Shown: positions 11,889-23,768, counted from the first letter of the whole stretch. The stretch: 63,740 bases of DNA, filler included, from Globobulimina sp. (GCA_003354225.1; 43 parts of 43 records of this genome joined end to end with filler, not necessarily neighbours in it); one strand, 5' to 3'. Notes: a model not told the origin generated them from the sequence alone. Numbers and translations are program-made.

Positions 11889-13273
11889 TGATACTAAAGG
11901 CAAGGTAATTGTAAGATAAGCCTAATATTTAATGTACAGTACAGTTTTATACTTGCTATTCCCTAAATGTGATACATCTACTGTAGTTCTACAGAAATAG
12001 GACTTAAAAAAAAACATTTAAGACTCTGCCCGATTGATGGGATCATATCTCAAGATCTATACAAGCGCAGAATATGCAAAATAGCTCAAAATAAACTGTT
12101 TGATAAATCCTACAATATGAGCTATATCGTAATATATAAAAGTTATTACTCGCGGAGAACCAGCTCAATACATTATGTGATGGCAATTCTTGCCGCGTAT
12201 GGTATATTGTTTTGGAGAGAATAGGGGGTATCAATGTGGTAATGGTTCAAATGAAACTGTATATTTACCACAAACAAATGAAACATTAAAAAATAACTGT
12301 TATAGATGGAAACATTAAAAAATGTGGTAAAAATTCGCGCCTAAGACGTTTCAAATGAAACATCTCCAAAGTGGTTATAGAGCCATATGTGGTGCGTATG
12401 GTGGATACTCATGCTCTCACATCATATTAAAATATTTCTTTAATTGTTTATTTCTGAATTTCCGAAAAATTGTTTAAAATCAAAAAAATAAACCGAAACA
12501 ATTCTCCTCTGTTTGTAAACAAAACAAATGGAAATCAATAATTATCGGTAGGCGCTAAAAATAACAATTCGCAGCAAACATATCTAGCAAACAGATGCAT
12601 TTTGTATACAAACAGAGGTTCATTCATAATAAATATAAAAAAGTTATACAGAAATTATAATCCAATCTTCTTTTTTGTTCCGTCCTTGTTTTCTTTTTAA
12701 CTCAATTTCTAAATTTCTTGAAGCAAATTTTTGTTTCATTTCTGACGAAAATACACTTGATAACCAGTCACATTTCACATCCTTAATTATTATTGTCTTA
12801 AATGAATTTGGAAATTCCACTTCCTCCAAAATTGATAATAAAACAAAAAAATTAAATTCAAAAACATCACCAACATAAGAACCAACATAAGAATCACCAA
12901 CATAAATAATTATTTCTTTTAAGTTTCCGAATATCGAAAATAAACATACTCGAAATAAATTTGTATTATCTGAAGGCACTCCAAATCCACTTTTTCTTGT
13001 TTCTTTTATCGAGTGCATCACTAAACCAATAAAATCATTATTTTCAACGGAATTTAAACGCCATAAATTTAAAATAATTTGTGTTTTTTTTGTTGAAAAT
13101 AAAAAAAAAGTATTTTCTAAAAATTCGGCAAAATTATTTTTATTTTTTGAAACTCCCAAAATCGAGAAATGTTGCCATGAATGCAAATAAACATTGGTCT
13201 AAGGTTTTAAATAAAATAAATGATACTAAAGGCAAGGTAATTGTAAGATAAGCCTAATATTTAATGTACAGTA
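11889..13273. repeat. Contig with an identical 53-bp terminal direct repeat (1332-bp unit)
   Basis: 11889-11941 is identical to 13221-13273. Confidence 0.9.
12644..13186 (-). CDS. Orphan protein, C-terminal fragment
   Basis: 180-codon open frame with no recognised motif. Confidence 0.4.
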   Translation of the reverse strand: MHSWQHFSILGVSKNKNNFAEFLENTFFLFSTKKTQIILNLWRLNSVENNDFIGLVMHSIKETRKSGFGVPSDNTNLFRVCLFSIFGNLKEIIIYVGDSYVGSYVGDVFEFNFFVLLSILEEVEFPNSFKTIIIKDVKCDWLSSVFSSEMKQKFASRNLEIELKRKQGRNKKEDWIIISV

Positions 13274-13373
13274 NNNNNNNNNNNNNNNNNNNNNNNNNNN
13301 NNNNNNNNNNNNNNNNNTTAATTAATTAANNNNNNNNNNNNNNNNNNNNNNNNNNNNNNNNNNNNNNNNNNNN

Positions 13374-13381
13374 GTTGCCAT
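13374..13381 (-). CDS. rplD: Start of the bacterial gene downstream of rplC, by position ribosomal protein L4
   Basis: AGGAG Shine-Dalgarno 7 nt upstream of ATG GCA AC, just after the rplC stop; S10 operon order. Confidence 0.55.
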
Positions 13382-13406
13382 TTATCTACTCCTGCGTCCT
13401 ATGCGC

Positions 13407-13509
13407 CTAGGCCTTGATTCCCTTGCGGATCATGACAAGACCATTCTTCGGTCCAGGCACTGCACCACGCACAAGGATGAGGTTTTGCTCGGGGCGAACT
13501 TCAACAACG
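13407..13509 (-). CDS. rplC: Bacterial 50S ribosomal protein L3, C-terminal ~33 aa (chimeric fragment)
   Basis: [33 protein letters not shown] is the conserved L3 C-terminus; similarity stops abruptly upstream. Confidence 0.9.
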
Positions 13510-14555
13510 ATCCACACAAATACTGCAGAGCCAGGCACAAATTGACGCAGTTCACCATGTTGGACTTGCTCAATATATTTGTTACCAACAACATCAACCA
13601 TAACTTGGATGCATTGCTATACCGTTACAACAATGGTTTTCAATGCCAGATATGCCACAAATTGATTCCATTGATCAAAGCCAACAACGACTCCAACACG
13701 CCAACCAATAACCCGCTTATCTTCATTTGCTTGGAATGCCGACACGATGTCTGCTTCAACTGTTATATCGCAAATGAATCTGACCCGCGTCTATACCCAG
13801 AGTTACGCCCTCGGCATCCACATAATCTCAACACATCATCGTCCACAGACACACACCTTATAATCAACGACTTATTATCCAACAATAATGCCAACACCGG
13901 CCCCAATAACAAAACTACGGCGGGCGGCCCCTTGACAATGAATCTTGACGAAACTGGAGATTCGATATCAGAATCCCAACTGACGTGGGATCTGTGCGTA
14001 CCTCCCACTCAAAAGCCATCGAATACATCCACCATATCCGAAACTGACTCGTTTGCGACTTGGGATTTGCGGGCCTATGCCTCCCAGCCTGTCACCACAA
14101 TATCCCCACAGTTCAACCAACCACAGCCCCCCCAAACTCCATCCGTGTCCCAACAAACGCTCCCACGTCGTGTCCCCACTCCAACTGCATTCGTCCCAGA
14201 TCGCCATGCTACACACACTCCCATTGCAAAGGCCACGCGCTCGAAGAAGGACTACAAAAATATCAGACTCTCCCAACTAAAACAACCACTACGTAAAGCT
14301 AAGCGGCAACCACTCAGCCAACCGTCTCCGGCTATTGCCGCTCCAAAACCCCGTGCTAAAACACGGAAACAACAGCAAGCACAGAGCCAACCCACACAAG
14401 ACACTCGGAGCCGACCAAAGAGGAACACCCGGTCAAACAAGGACTTATCAGACCAGTCAGTGTTCGCTCTGGCCGCCCAGTACGACGCTGCGAGACGGGA
14501 CCGCAACAAAAAGAAGCGATTGGCAAAGAAGAAGAAAAAGGAGCAGACGAAGTAA
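13510..14555 (+). CDS. Eukaryotic Cys/His zinc-finger protein with a Pro/Gln/basic disordered tail (5' end lost)
   Basis: YCRARH...FQCQICH...[15 protein letters not shown]; basic C-terminus resembling an NLS. Confidence 0.55.
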
Positions 14556-14858
14556 TGTTGGTCTGCAGTACCATCATTTGCTTCCAACAATCAATTATTT
14601 GTCATTTATCATTCATTCTTTTTTCTATGTTTAATTTATATTCTTTTGTAACTTAATCAGCGATTTTTCCTCCAATATATCCATTTCCTCCATTTTTCTC
14701 CCTATCTCTTTCATACACAATGATGATTGAATAGGTGAATTTATTGGTCATTTATTTTNNNNNNNNNNNNNNNNNNNNNNNNNNNNNNNNNNNNNNNNNN
14801 NNTTAATTAATTAANNNNNNNNNNNNNNNNNNNNNNNNNNNNNNNNNNNNNNNNNNNN

Positions 14859-15755
14859 TTTCACATATCTCCTGACACAAACAAAGTGATCAGAATTGGT
14901 GTCTTTGCTGCGATGTTTGTTGGCTAACAACGATAACGTCGCATATCTTATTGCAAAATATCCCAAAGAGATATTCCCACCCAACACATCCAACATTTTG
15001 GTAATATCCAACGTTACATATTCAATTTGACAACAAACACCACTATGTTGAACAACACAATCCGTTTTATATTTGCTATCACAGACCAATCCATATCGCG
15101 CTTGTAACCACCAATTCGCAATAAATCCGACTATCAATGCTGGATATACACAGCTTATGACAAGTATCGCATATTGAATTCTTTCTGGTTCAGTCACTGC
15201 TTTAATTCCGAAAAATCTATGTACATAACATAGACAAATACAGTACAATATATACAACGCAAATTGTTCTATATACCTCAAACTAAATGAGATTGCAAAA
15301 TTATCACTTTCGACACAATCCGCATAGATGCCAAACAAAGAAAAGGTGAATGACCAGGTGAGATATGCAATGTGCCAACTTTGTATTTCGTCATAAACAT
15401 CGCAGACCAATAAGACAGTGACTATGGAGATAGACTGCACCAAAGGAGACAATGAAGACAACACCGCCGCTGCCCTCATTTCATAATTAATGCAAAAGCA
15501 ACACATAGCTATTCCAAACATCCCAATGCCAATTTGTGAAATTATAAACATAAATGTTCCAATGACGAAAGCTATGTGAGCTGTAATGGTTGATAGTGTT
15601 GACGTTGCTGCTGCAGACAAGTCCTGATCGGTTTTGGAAACGTGTATTGTGGTAATTGCAATTGCATTGCTGTCAGTGTTATTTTCATTTTTGGCAAGTG
15701 ATCCTGCTTCGAATTCTATGTGCGTCTCAAGCATCTCCTTGCCATTGTCTTCCAT
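14859..15755 (-). CDS. Orphan multi-pass membrane protein (partial)
   Basis: About 299 open codons with several hydrophobic helices. Confidence 0.55.
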
Positions 15756-16343
15756 TAATGTTTTTTCAAGTTCAAAAAAAAAACAATTTTTACAAAATCA
15801 TCATCGTCACATCATCAGTGCATACAAAAAAGTAATAATTAATTAAAGTTATGTTTTGCTAGAAAAAAATAAAAATAAAACAAACGCTAACCCACAACAC
15901 GAATGTATCACAAAAGGGTCAATTTATATATATATCATTTATTCTCATCTTCATTCATATTAATATCCGTCACTAAAAATATTCTCTCGTCTTGTCCGAC
16001 TTTATCCAATTCATTTTCTTTTTGCATATTTTGTTTTCGTCTGTTTTTCTTTCTTACCGACTTTAAATGCATTGCATTCTCATGTTTTACTAGACCCGAA
16101 TTAACCAACATTGTCAATGTCAATAACAAATCATCACTCTGTAACTTATATTTATATTCACCACATTTATCCTCATTACTCTTACTGCTCTGCACCTGCA
16201 CAGATCGCAATTTTCCAATATTTATATTTAATTTCGCATAAGGNNNNNNNNNNNNNNNNNNNNNNNNNNNNNNNNNNNNNNNNNNNNTTAATTAATTAAN
16301 NNNNNNNNNNNNNNNNNNNNNNNNNNNNNNNNNNNNNNNNNNN

Positions 16344-16906
16344 AGATGAGGTATTAATTCCAAAACCATGCCTGTATTATTACTAAATTGTACAGCTACA
16401 GCTTTGCTTGCTGTTGTTGATAAAACACAATGTATTTTTGCATCCATTGCAGCAAACAGCATTTCTTTATCTATTCCATGATACATTTTTGTTATAGTGA
16501 TAATGATGAAATATTAATTGACCATTTAATTGTAATAATGGTATATTGTGGCTTAGATGTTAAGTTATCCCAATACATGTACATTAAAGTTTAGATTTGT
16601 TATGTTGTCACAGCAATTTCAGGCAAAATTCTCGCAAACATATCGTGGCACAGATTTTGATGAAATCAAACAAAGACACAGCAATTTTCATTATTTTGCA
16701 AAATGTTTAAAAGAAGCCATTGAAGTGTTTGGCATTGAATATTGGTCCGGAGATATAACAAAAATGTATCATGGGATAGATAAAGAAATGCTGTTTGCTG
16801 CAATGGATGCAAAAATACATTGTGTTCTATCAACAACAGCAAGCAAAGCTGTAGCTGTACAATTTAGTAATAATACAGGCATGGTTTTGGAATTAATACC
16901 TCATCT
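16344..16906. repeat. 153-bp inverted duplication of coding sequence (fold-back)
   Basis: 16344-16496 is the reverse complement of 16754-16906 with 2 mismatches and runs to the contig edge. Confidence 0.92.
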
Positions 16907-17728
16907 AAATTTGAAATATTTTGATTGTTGTTGGTTATCAAAATTCCCGGCGGAACAAGAATTACTTTTTATTGGTGGCTTTCTAACTTTTACTATCGTA
17001 AATATACTAAATACAGCATGTGGATGGGACTTATTTGCATATATTTCAGTGCTACGCATTATCGATGCAATGGCCAATGGTTATTGTTTTAATTACGATC
17101 AAAGCATCGTACATAAAATTCGCAAACAACAAACATTGAATATCAAACAACTTGGAATTCCAAACGAGATCAAACCAATTATTAAAAAATTAACACACCA
17201 ATTAATTGCACATGAATTACATAGATATGAACCATCAAAATACGCAAGAATACAAACGTTACCTCCATACATTGAGAAATTATTGCATTCAATTTGTGTC
17301 AAGAAATATCAATTAAGTATTAGTTTAAATGCAATGAACCTCGATTTTTGGGAAGAATATAATGAAACAGTTCATGCGCATATTGGTTTTAAATTTTTAA
17401 AAGAATATTTTTGTACGAATGATTTTGAAGGAATCAATTTTGATTTGGTTTATAAATTGTTTCCATCATTAAAAGCAATGTTTGTTTATGATTTTTTATC
17501 AATTACAGCGGATTTATTACAGAGTGTTTTGACATTTATTCAACAACATCCTAAGTCCACTATATATCAATATGAGTTTGTATTGCATAAAGAAACAAAT
17601 CATTTGGATCTTTATGAAATGTTCAAACAAACAAAGATGTTTGAGAAGTGGTTCGAATTAGTAAATTTTCGTATTGGATGGGATCAGAAAACAGTCGATT
17701 CATGCTGGCGTGTAGCAATTGGGCATGA
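16557..17728 (+). CDS. Protein with an ADP-ribosyltransferase-like domain (partial)
   Basis: YHG...LSTT...VAVQF...GMVLEL...LSKFPAEQELLFIGG parallels the YRG / STS / S-x-F-P-x-E-x-E-V-L motifs of Arg-specific ARTs. Confidence 0.6.
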
Positions 17729-18417
17729 NNNNNNNNNNNNNNNNNNNNNNNNNNNNNNNNNNNNNNNNNNNNTTAATTAATTAANNNNNNNNNNNNNNNN
17801 NNNNNNNNNNNNNNNNNNNNNNNNNNNNAAATATTATTATGCAATTTTGTGGTTTCGTGGAATGAAGATTTATTACATTTAATTTTTCAATTTGCTATTA
17901 ATTAAACATACACATCTCAACGGAGTTTGTTTGTCAATTTGTGTTGAGTTCTAACATTTAAATCCGACAAAATTAAACGAGTTGGGTGTCTATAAACTCT
18001 TGACGCTCCTCAAATGATCAATTCACCATCAGCTGACCTATTGGTGGTTCGATTGATAGCCAACGCAGGCCACATTATTCTTCAGTACTGTTTTCTAGAA
18101 ACAATACGTGGAAAAAAATTAACAAGGGTTACATTTAATTTTTCATCGTCAGAAAAAAAAACTGATATAAAAACTGATATTGCATACAGTAACTGCTGTA
18201 CATATTTTCTAATGAAGCAAAAAGAAAAACATTAAGTTATACAAACACAAAAACAATAGATGTACACATTATACGTAATATATTTGAATTAGCCAATATA
18301 TTTGAAATGTACACATTAATTTCAATCTCTAAATTAGCCAAAATTCACACAATTCTGTTTAATTTGATTTTTATATTTTATACGCACTATATATGCATTT
18401 AAATTGTGAGTTTCAAA

Positions 18418-19213
18418 TCACTGTATCAAAAATGGCAGTTGTAGCGCTGCAGCAAACATATTATCCATAATAGATTCATAATGCCGCACATTACACTTAC
18501 TACCACGTAACTCGTCCGCTAACTGCCCCTTCTTTGCTGTAAACGCCTTCCTCTCCGCCTCAAATACCCTTTGCAAATCGTCCAATTCCTCTTTTTTACA
18601 TTGCAACTGTGTCCGTAACACCCTCTCACTATCTCGCAATGCGTTCAATTGCGACGACAGTGATTTAATTTTAAACGACACTGTACTACAAATGCACTCT
18701 TTTTTCTTCACATTGACCACAGTCGCACGCGATCGCGATATCGATATCGACTCTTTCACCAACATCAACCTGCTTTCCTCCAACACCTTATCGTCCAAAT
18801 CCATCCAATTACTCTTCTTCACCAGCGAATTATTCATATTCTTCGCAGCGAGCAACTCCTTCCGCAATCCATCCAATTTCTTATTATTTTTGCCCAATTC
18901 TCGCCGCAACGCATTCGTCTCTTCCTCCTGCGAACACAGGTCAGCTTCACATAATTTCAGCTGTACTTTCAACTCATTATAGGCGCACTCGTCCAAATCC
19001 ATCCAATTGCTCTTCTCCACCAGCATACTATTCATATTCTTGGCTGCTTGCAACTCCTTAGCCAATCCATCCAATTCCTTATTATTGTCACCTATCTCTC
19101 GCCGCAACGCATTGCTCTCTTCCTCTTGCGAACGTAACTCAGCTTCAACTGCTTTTAACTGCGCTTTCAACGCTTTATACGCGCACTCATCGACAACGGA
19201 ATGAACTGAGCGT
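18418..19213 (-). CDS. Coiled-coil protein with an internal 66-aa tandem duplication
   Basis: Two units of QLK..EA.L.SQEEE.NALRRE...AAKNMN..LV.KSNWMDLD, 198 nt apart. Confidence 0.65.
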
Positions 19214-19313
19214 NNNNNNNNNNNNNNNNNNNNNNNNNNNNNNNNNNNNNNNNNNNNTTAATTAATTAANNNNNNNNNNNNNNNNNNNNNNNNNNNNNNN
19301 NNNNNNNNNNNNN

Positions 19314-20698
19314 GATAAAAATAATCCAATGACTGTAGATAAAGAAAATAATAAAGATATTGAGAGTAAATTGGATAGTTTGGACAGAACAGATGTTTTC
19401 TAATTGGTTGACAATTTTTTTAGTAGGCACTCTTTTTTTGTGTGCCTCCTTTCATCTTTTTCACGCTATCCCTGTCACATTGCTTCCTTTAATTATACAG
19501 TGTCAGTTCTTTGCAGATTTCGCATGAATATCTCATTCTAATTCCGAAAATTACCGTTTTGTTGGATGAATAAAATTAATGTTAATAGATCATCAAAAAC
19601 AGCTCTTCAAATCAGCGCTGATTCAAATCAACTATAAATATCAAAGCAGGAAACAAGAAGTTTTTCACTTACTATATTTAGTTACTTCAGTTGCTATACA
19701 TTTTAGATCCTTGTTTTTTAGGAGTTTGTAAAACTGCTAAATTAAGGGAAAGAGAAAAGGGGAATGGATATTAACAACCCAACGTCTGTAGTGATTGATG
19801 TAATAGTAATACTTTCAAGTGGCGCCATAATGCAATTGATGCAGGCATTATGTCGTAAAAAAGGTTATCCATTTATTGCGACAAAACTATTCCAATTAAA
19901 AAATGAGAAATTGATAATCCTTTTTTCCAAACAGTTGTGGAAATATACATGGCATTTTTTTTGTTTTACATTGGAATTAGTTGTATTAATTCCCAGTGAT
20001 TTTTGGCATTCGATTATGAATCCATACAATGCAAAATACGGTACATCATTATTTTGGTCAAATATAAATGATTACCAATTGCCACCAATAGGAATTCGAT
20101 CATTATATTTATTTCAAATCGGTTATTACTTTACAGATTTCTTTTATATGATAAAATTTGATAAACCAAAGGATTGGAAAACAATGTACGTTCACCATAT
20201 TGCAACATTATCATTATTATGGATGTCATATTTACCCCAAAATTGTTGGAAAATCGGGTGTGGCATATTATTGATTCATGAGATTGGCGATGTTTCTTTA
20301 TCGTTTACAAAAACATTACATTACGCACAGTTTGAAAAACTGTCTGAAACATTGTTTGGATTTCATATATTAGTATGGATTTGGTCGCGATTGATATGGT
20401 TCCCACGAATTATTTTAAGTTTGTTTATTGATATACCATCAAATGCGAAGATATGGCAAGTCTTTCCATGCGGTTTTTTATTATGTTTATTATTGATATT
20501 ACATTTTTTTTGGACATTTTTAATGCTCAAAGTATTATATAAGGCTGTTATGAGTGGTGAAAAAATGGTGGATAAGAACGATAAAAATAATCCAATGACT
20601 GTAGATAAAGAAAATAATAAAGATATTGAGAGTAAATTGGATAGTTTGGACAGAACAGATGTTTTCTAATTGGTTGACAATTTTTTTAGTAGGCACTC
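19314..20698. repeat. Contig closing on itself with an identical 119-bp terminal direct repeat (1266-bp unit)
   Basis: 19314-19432 is identical to 20580-20698. Confidence 0.95.
19764..20669 (+). CDS. Ceramide synthase (LAG1/TLC domain), complete and intronless
   Basis: Lag1p motif KDWKTMYVHHIATLSLLWMSY...IGCGILLIHEIGDV; also YLFQIGYY, WIWSRL and LLILHFFWTFL. Confidence 0.9.
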   Translation: MDINNPTSVVIDVIVILSSGAIMQLMQALCRKKGYPFIATKLFQLKNEKLIILFSKQLWKYTWHFFCFTLELVVLIPSDFWHSIMNPYNAKYGTSLFWSNINDYQLPPIGIRSLYLFQIGYYFTDFFYMIKFDKPKDWKTMYVHHIATLSLLWMSYLPQNCWKIGCGILLIHEIGDVSLSFTKTLHYAQFEKLSETLFGFHILVWIWSRLIWFPRIILSLFIDIPSNAKIWQVFPCGFLLCLLLILHFFWTFLMLKVLYKAVMSGEKMVDKNDKNNPMTVDKENNKDIESKLDSLDRTDVF

Positions 20699-20918
20699 NN
20701 NNNNNNNNNNNNNNNNNNNNNNNNNNNNNNNNNNNNNNNNNNTTAATTAATTAANNNNNNNNNNNNNNNNNNNNNNNNNNNNNNNNNNNNNNNNNNNNCT
20801 GGATATGGGCGATACGGAGCTCCGCCGGTACCGCTATCACTTGCGAGACGTTGACTTATCGCATATAAGCGTGACTTGAAGACTTTCGATATCAAACGAG
20901 TATGTTGCAACGCCATTA

Positions 20919-22183
20919 GGGTTTTTGCTTTTAGTTCATTTCTTCAATGAACATTTAAATTTTCTATTTTCAGTAACATTTGACTGCCTCACTGCCTCAC
21001 TGTGTAACTGTACCATGCTGACCATAAACAACCACGCTTTAGAAAATGCGGCCAAATGGTCGAATAGATTATGTTTCCATTGCAAATGTACATTCCATCC
21101 ATCGCAATTAAATGTAATTGGATGCGGTTTATCGGTGAAATATTCTGATTTTATGTTCGATAAAGAAGGGCGCAAAGTGGTTAAAAGCATAACATGTTGT
21201 GCACCATATCGAAGTTGTGACAAATGTCATGTAAAAGATCATGACTTTAAAGTAAGATATAACAAATTAAAAAATTATGGCTTATTTGTTGTTAATGGAT
21301 ATCAATATTCATCATTTATTAAAGAATATGAACACATTTTATCATTTATTAGAATCGGTAATGGTTTTACCACCGCCGATGGTTTCGATATTTGCTTTTC
21401 CGATGATTCGCGAAAATATTTTCGTAATGGCAAAACAGTAAATTTTGATTTGACGACATTATATTTACGATTAGGTTTATTACAACATTATAATTATAAT
21501 AATAATAATAACAACAAGAATAACAACAATAATATCAATAACAACAATAATAATAAGAATAACATCAATAACAACGCCACACAAAAGAGATCAAACAGAA
21601 CGTATAGCAATGCCGAAGTAAGAAGCATTTTTGTATGGTTTCTTACCCAGAAATATGACGATACAGAGGCTCTGAAGAAATTTGTTGAGAGACGAGGTTT
21701 GGTGGAATATTTAAAGAAAAATGGATTTTTCGATCGTAATGCAAATGGATTGGCAAATATGTATGTAAAATATGTAAAATATACTAATTTGTATGTAAAA
21801 CACTACTTATATTATTTTTTTGTTATAGCATTCCCAAAATGAGAGACAAAACTCATTGTTCAGTTAAAAGAAGCCCAGCGTTAAAGGAATTGGCTGACGA
21901 CGTAAATAAACATATTCGAAAGCAAGTTGAGAAAAAATGGGGAGCTGCGACAAATGGAAGCGATGAACTTGATTTTTTAAGAAAGAAAATGAATGAAAAT
22001 GTAAATGAAAAGAAAAAAATGAATGTGGATCAAAAAATTGGTGAATATCAAGAGAAATTTAATAAAAAAGAAACACATCGCGTGAATTATAAACGTGATA
22101 CATTAAAAAATAAACAAAAAGCAGTGAATATCATGGAACAGACAAATAAGTGTTTAATGATGCTATCATATGATGATGATACG
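20919..22183 (+). mobile_element. Candidate PIF/Harbinger element: terminus plus Cys-rich / Myb-SANT-like ORF
   Basis: Homology with 32466-32578 starts at (TA)GGGTTTTTGC, here preceded by TTA; ORF from ATG 21015 with a 68-nt intron (21761-21828) that joins in frame; RTYSNAEVRSIF...DRNANGLANIIPKMR looks Myb/SANT-like. Confidence 0.55.
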
Positions 22184-22480
22184 NNNNNNNNNNNNNNNNN
22201 NNNNNNNNNNNNNNNNNNNNNNNNNNNTTAATTAATTAANNNNNNNNNNNNNNNNNNNNNNNNNNNNNNNNNNNNNNNNNNNNAATTTAAGCCTAAAAAG
22301 CCAATTCCATTCTACCATAAAATGTAACTTTCTATCTGTTCGTTATTTTGGTGATCGGACATCTTTCAATTAATTCAACTTTAAAATAGTACAACATAGA
22401 ATTGATAAATAAAAATAATTGATAACACTGCAAAAAAAATACAAATACATTAATATTAATATTAGACTATTCTTAAAGTC

Positions 22481-23593
22481 TTAGACATTATTTTGTTTTA
22501 TTTTTTGTATCATTATTTTATCAAATTTGTCCCTTTTTTGTTTCCAACTCGCCTTCGATTCTTCTAAAAATATATTCCAATAACAACTATTTTTTACATT
22601 TTTCAATGAATGGCATTGCATTAAAAATAAATTTAATTCACTTTTTCTTTTTGTCAAATAATTATTTGGCCATAATACCTGCGGTAATTCCTTTGCAAAA
22701 TCTGGAATAATCACATCATTATCACCATGATTGTTCACTTGGATCATCTTATATAACCATTTAAAATCTGCCTCTTTTCTACCAAACACTTTACCATCAT
22801 ATTTTATAATCGCTCTGGTCTTTTTATTAAACCATCCGCCATAAATATCAATTCGTGATACAACCGGATAATTATCATCAAATACTCCATATTTTGTTAA
22901 TTTATTATTAGTATTATCCTCTTTGTTGTCATCGATATCGATATCGATATCACCACCTTTTGTTACTTTATTCCTCTCATTTTTAAGCTTTGTATGCTGG
23001 TCAACGTTATGCTCATTATTACCACCATTCAAATCCTTTAATAAATCATTGATTATATTTTGTAAATTACTGGGTTTATACAAATTGTGTTGTTGTAAGA
23101 ATGCAATATCGTTGATTGACTTTGTCAATTTGTGTGCTGCACACTGTAACGGTTCCGATTTTAAATCATTTGCCAAATCATGCAATGACTCACACACTGA
23201 TTCTAATTTAAGTTTGATATTATTAAACAAAGCAACATCTGTTTGTTTATCTGCATTTGGGTTTCTTCCATATGCATATAATTCATTTTGTATATCATGT
23301 AAAGACTCATGTAATTGACTTAAAATATTCTCATTTGTCATTGCATCTAAATTTAATTTATTGACTAATTCATTATTTTTCTGTTTTAATGTTTCATTTT
23401 CGGATTTTAATCGATTCAAAAAACTCTCCAAATCATTGTATTTATGTTGAATGTGTTGCATTTTCGTTTTGTTTGCATTTAAATCTTGACATAAATTACC
23501 AACTTTGGACAATACTTCATCGTTATCAGGATCTGACAACGTTTGTATGTCATATTCATCTGAAATTTGATGACAGATTGGTATCAAAAACAT
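22481..23593 (-). CDS. Coiled-coil protein with a C-terminal PX-like domain (last exon)
   Basis: RKEADFKWLY...VIIPDF...KRKSELNLFL...WNIFL matches the PX pattern RRYSDFxWL...IPxxP...RRxxLxxFL. Confidence 0.6.
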   Translation of the reverse strand: MFLIPICHQISDEYDIQTLSDPDNDEVLSKVGNLCQDLNANKTKMQHIQHKYNDLESFLNRLKSENETLKQKNNELVNKLNLDAMTNENILSQLHESLHDIQNELYAYGRNPNADKQTDVALFNNIKLKLESVCESLHDLANDLKSEPLQCAAHKLTKSINDIAFLQQHNLYKPSNLQNIINDLLKDLNGGNNEHNVDQHTKLKNERNKVTKGGDIDIDIDDNKEDNTNNKLTKYGVFDDNYPVVSRIDIYGGWFNKKTRAIIKYDGKVFGRKEADFKWLYKMIQVNNHGDNDVIIPDFAKELPQVLWPNNYLTKRKSELNLFLMQCHSLKNVKNSCYWNIFLEESKASWKQKRDKFDKIMIQKIKQNNV

Positions 23594-23768
23594 GTTTCAT
23601 CTGAAAAGTATACAAATACATAACTTAATATTTGTAGCAATCTACGAACTGTATCATCCGTACAAATANNNNNNNNNNNNNNNNNNNNNNNNNNNNNNNN
23701 NNNNNNNNNNNNTTAATTAATTAANNNNNNNNNNNNNNNNNNNNNNNNNNNNNNNNNNNNNNNNNNNN

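Noticed and set aside
13401..14555. The 384-aa ORF as a single real protein
   Set aside because: Its first ~36 codons are the antisense of bacterial rplC; only the downstream part looks like a eukaryotic gene
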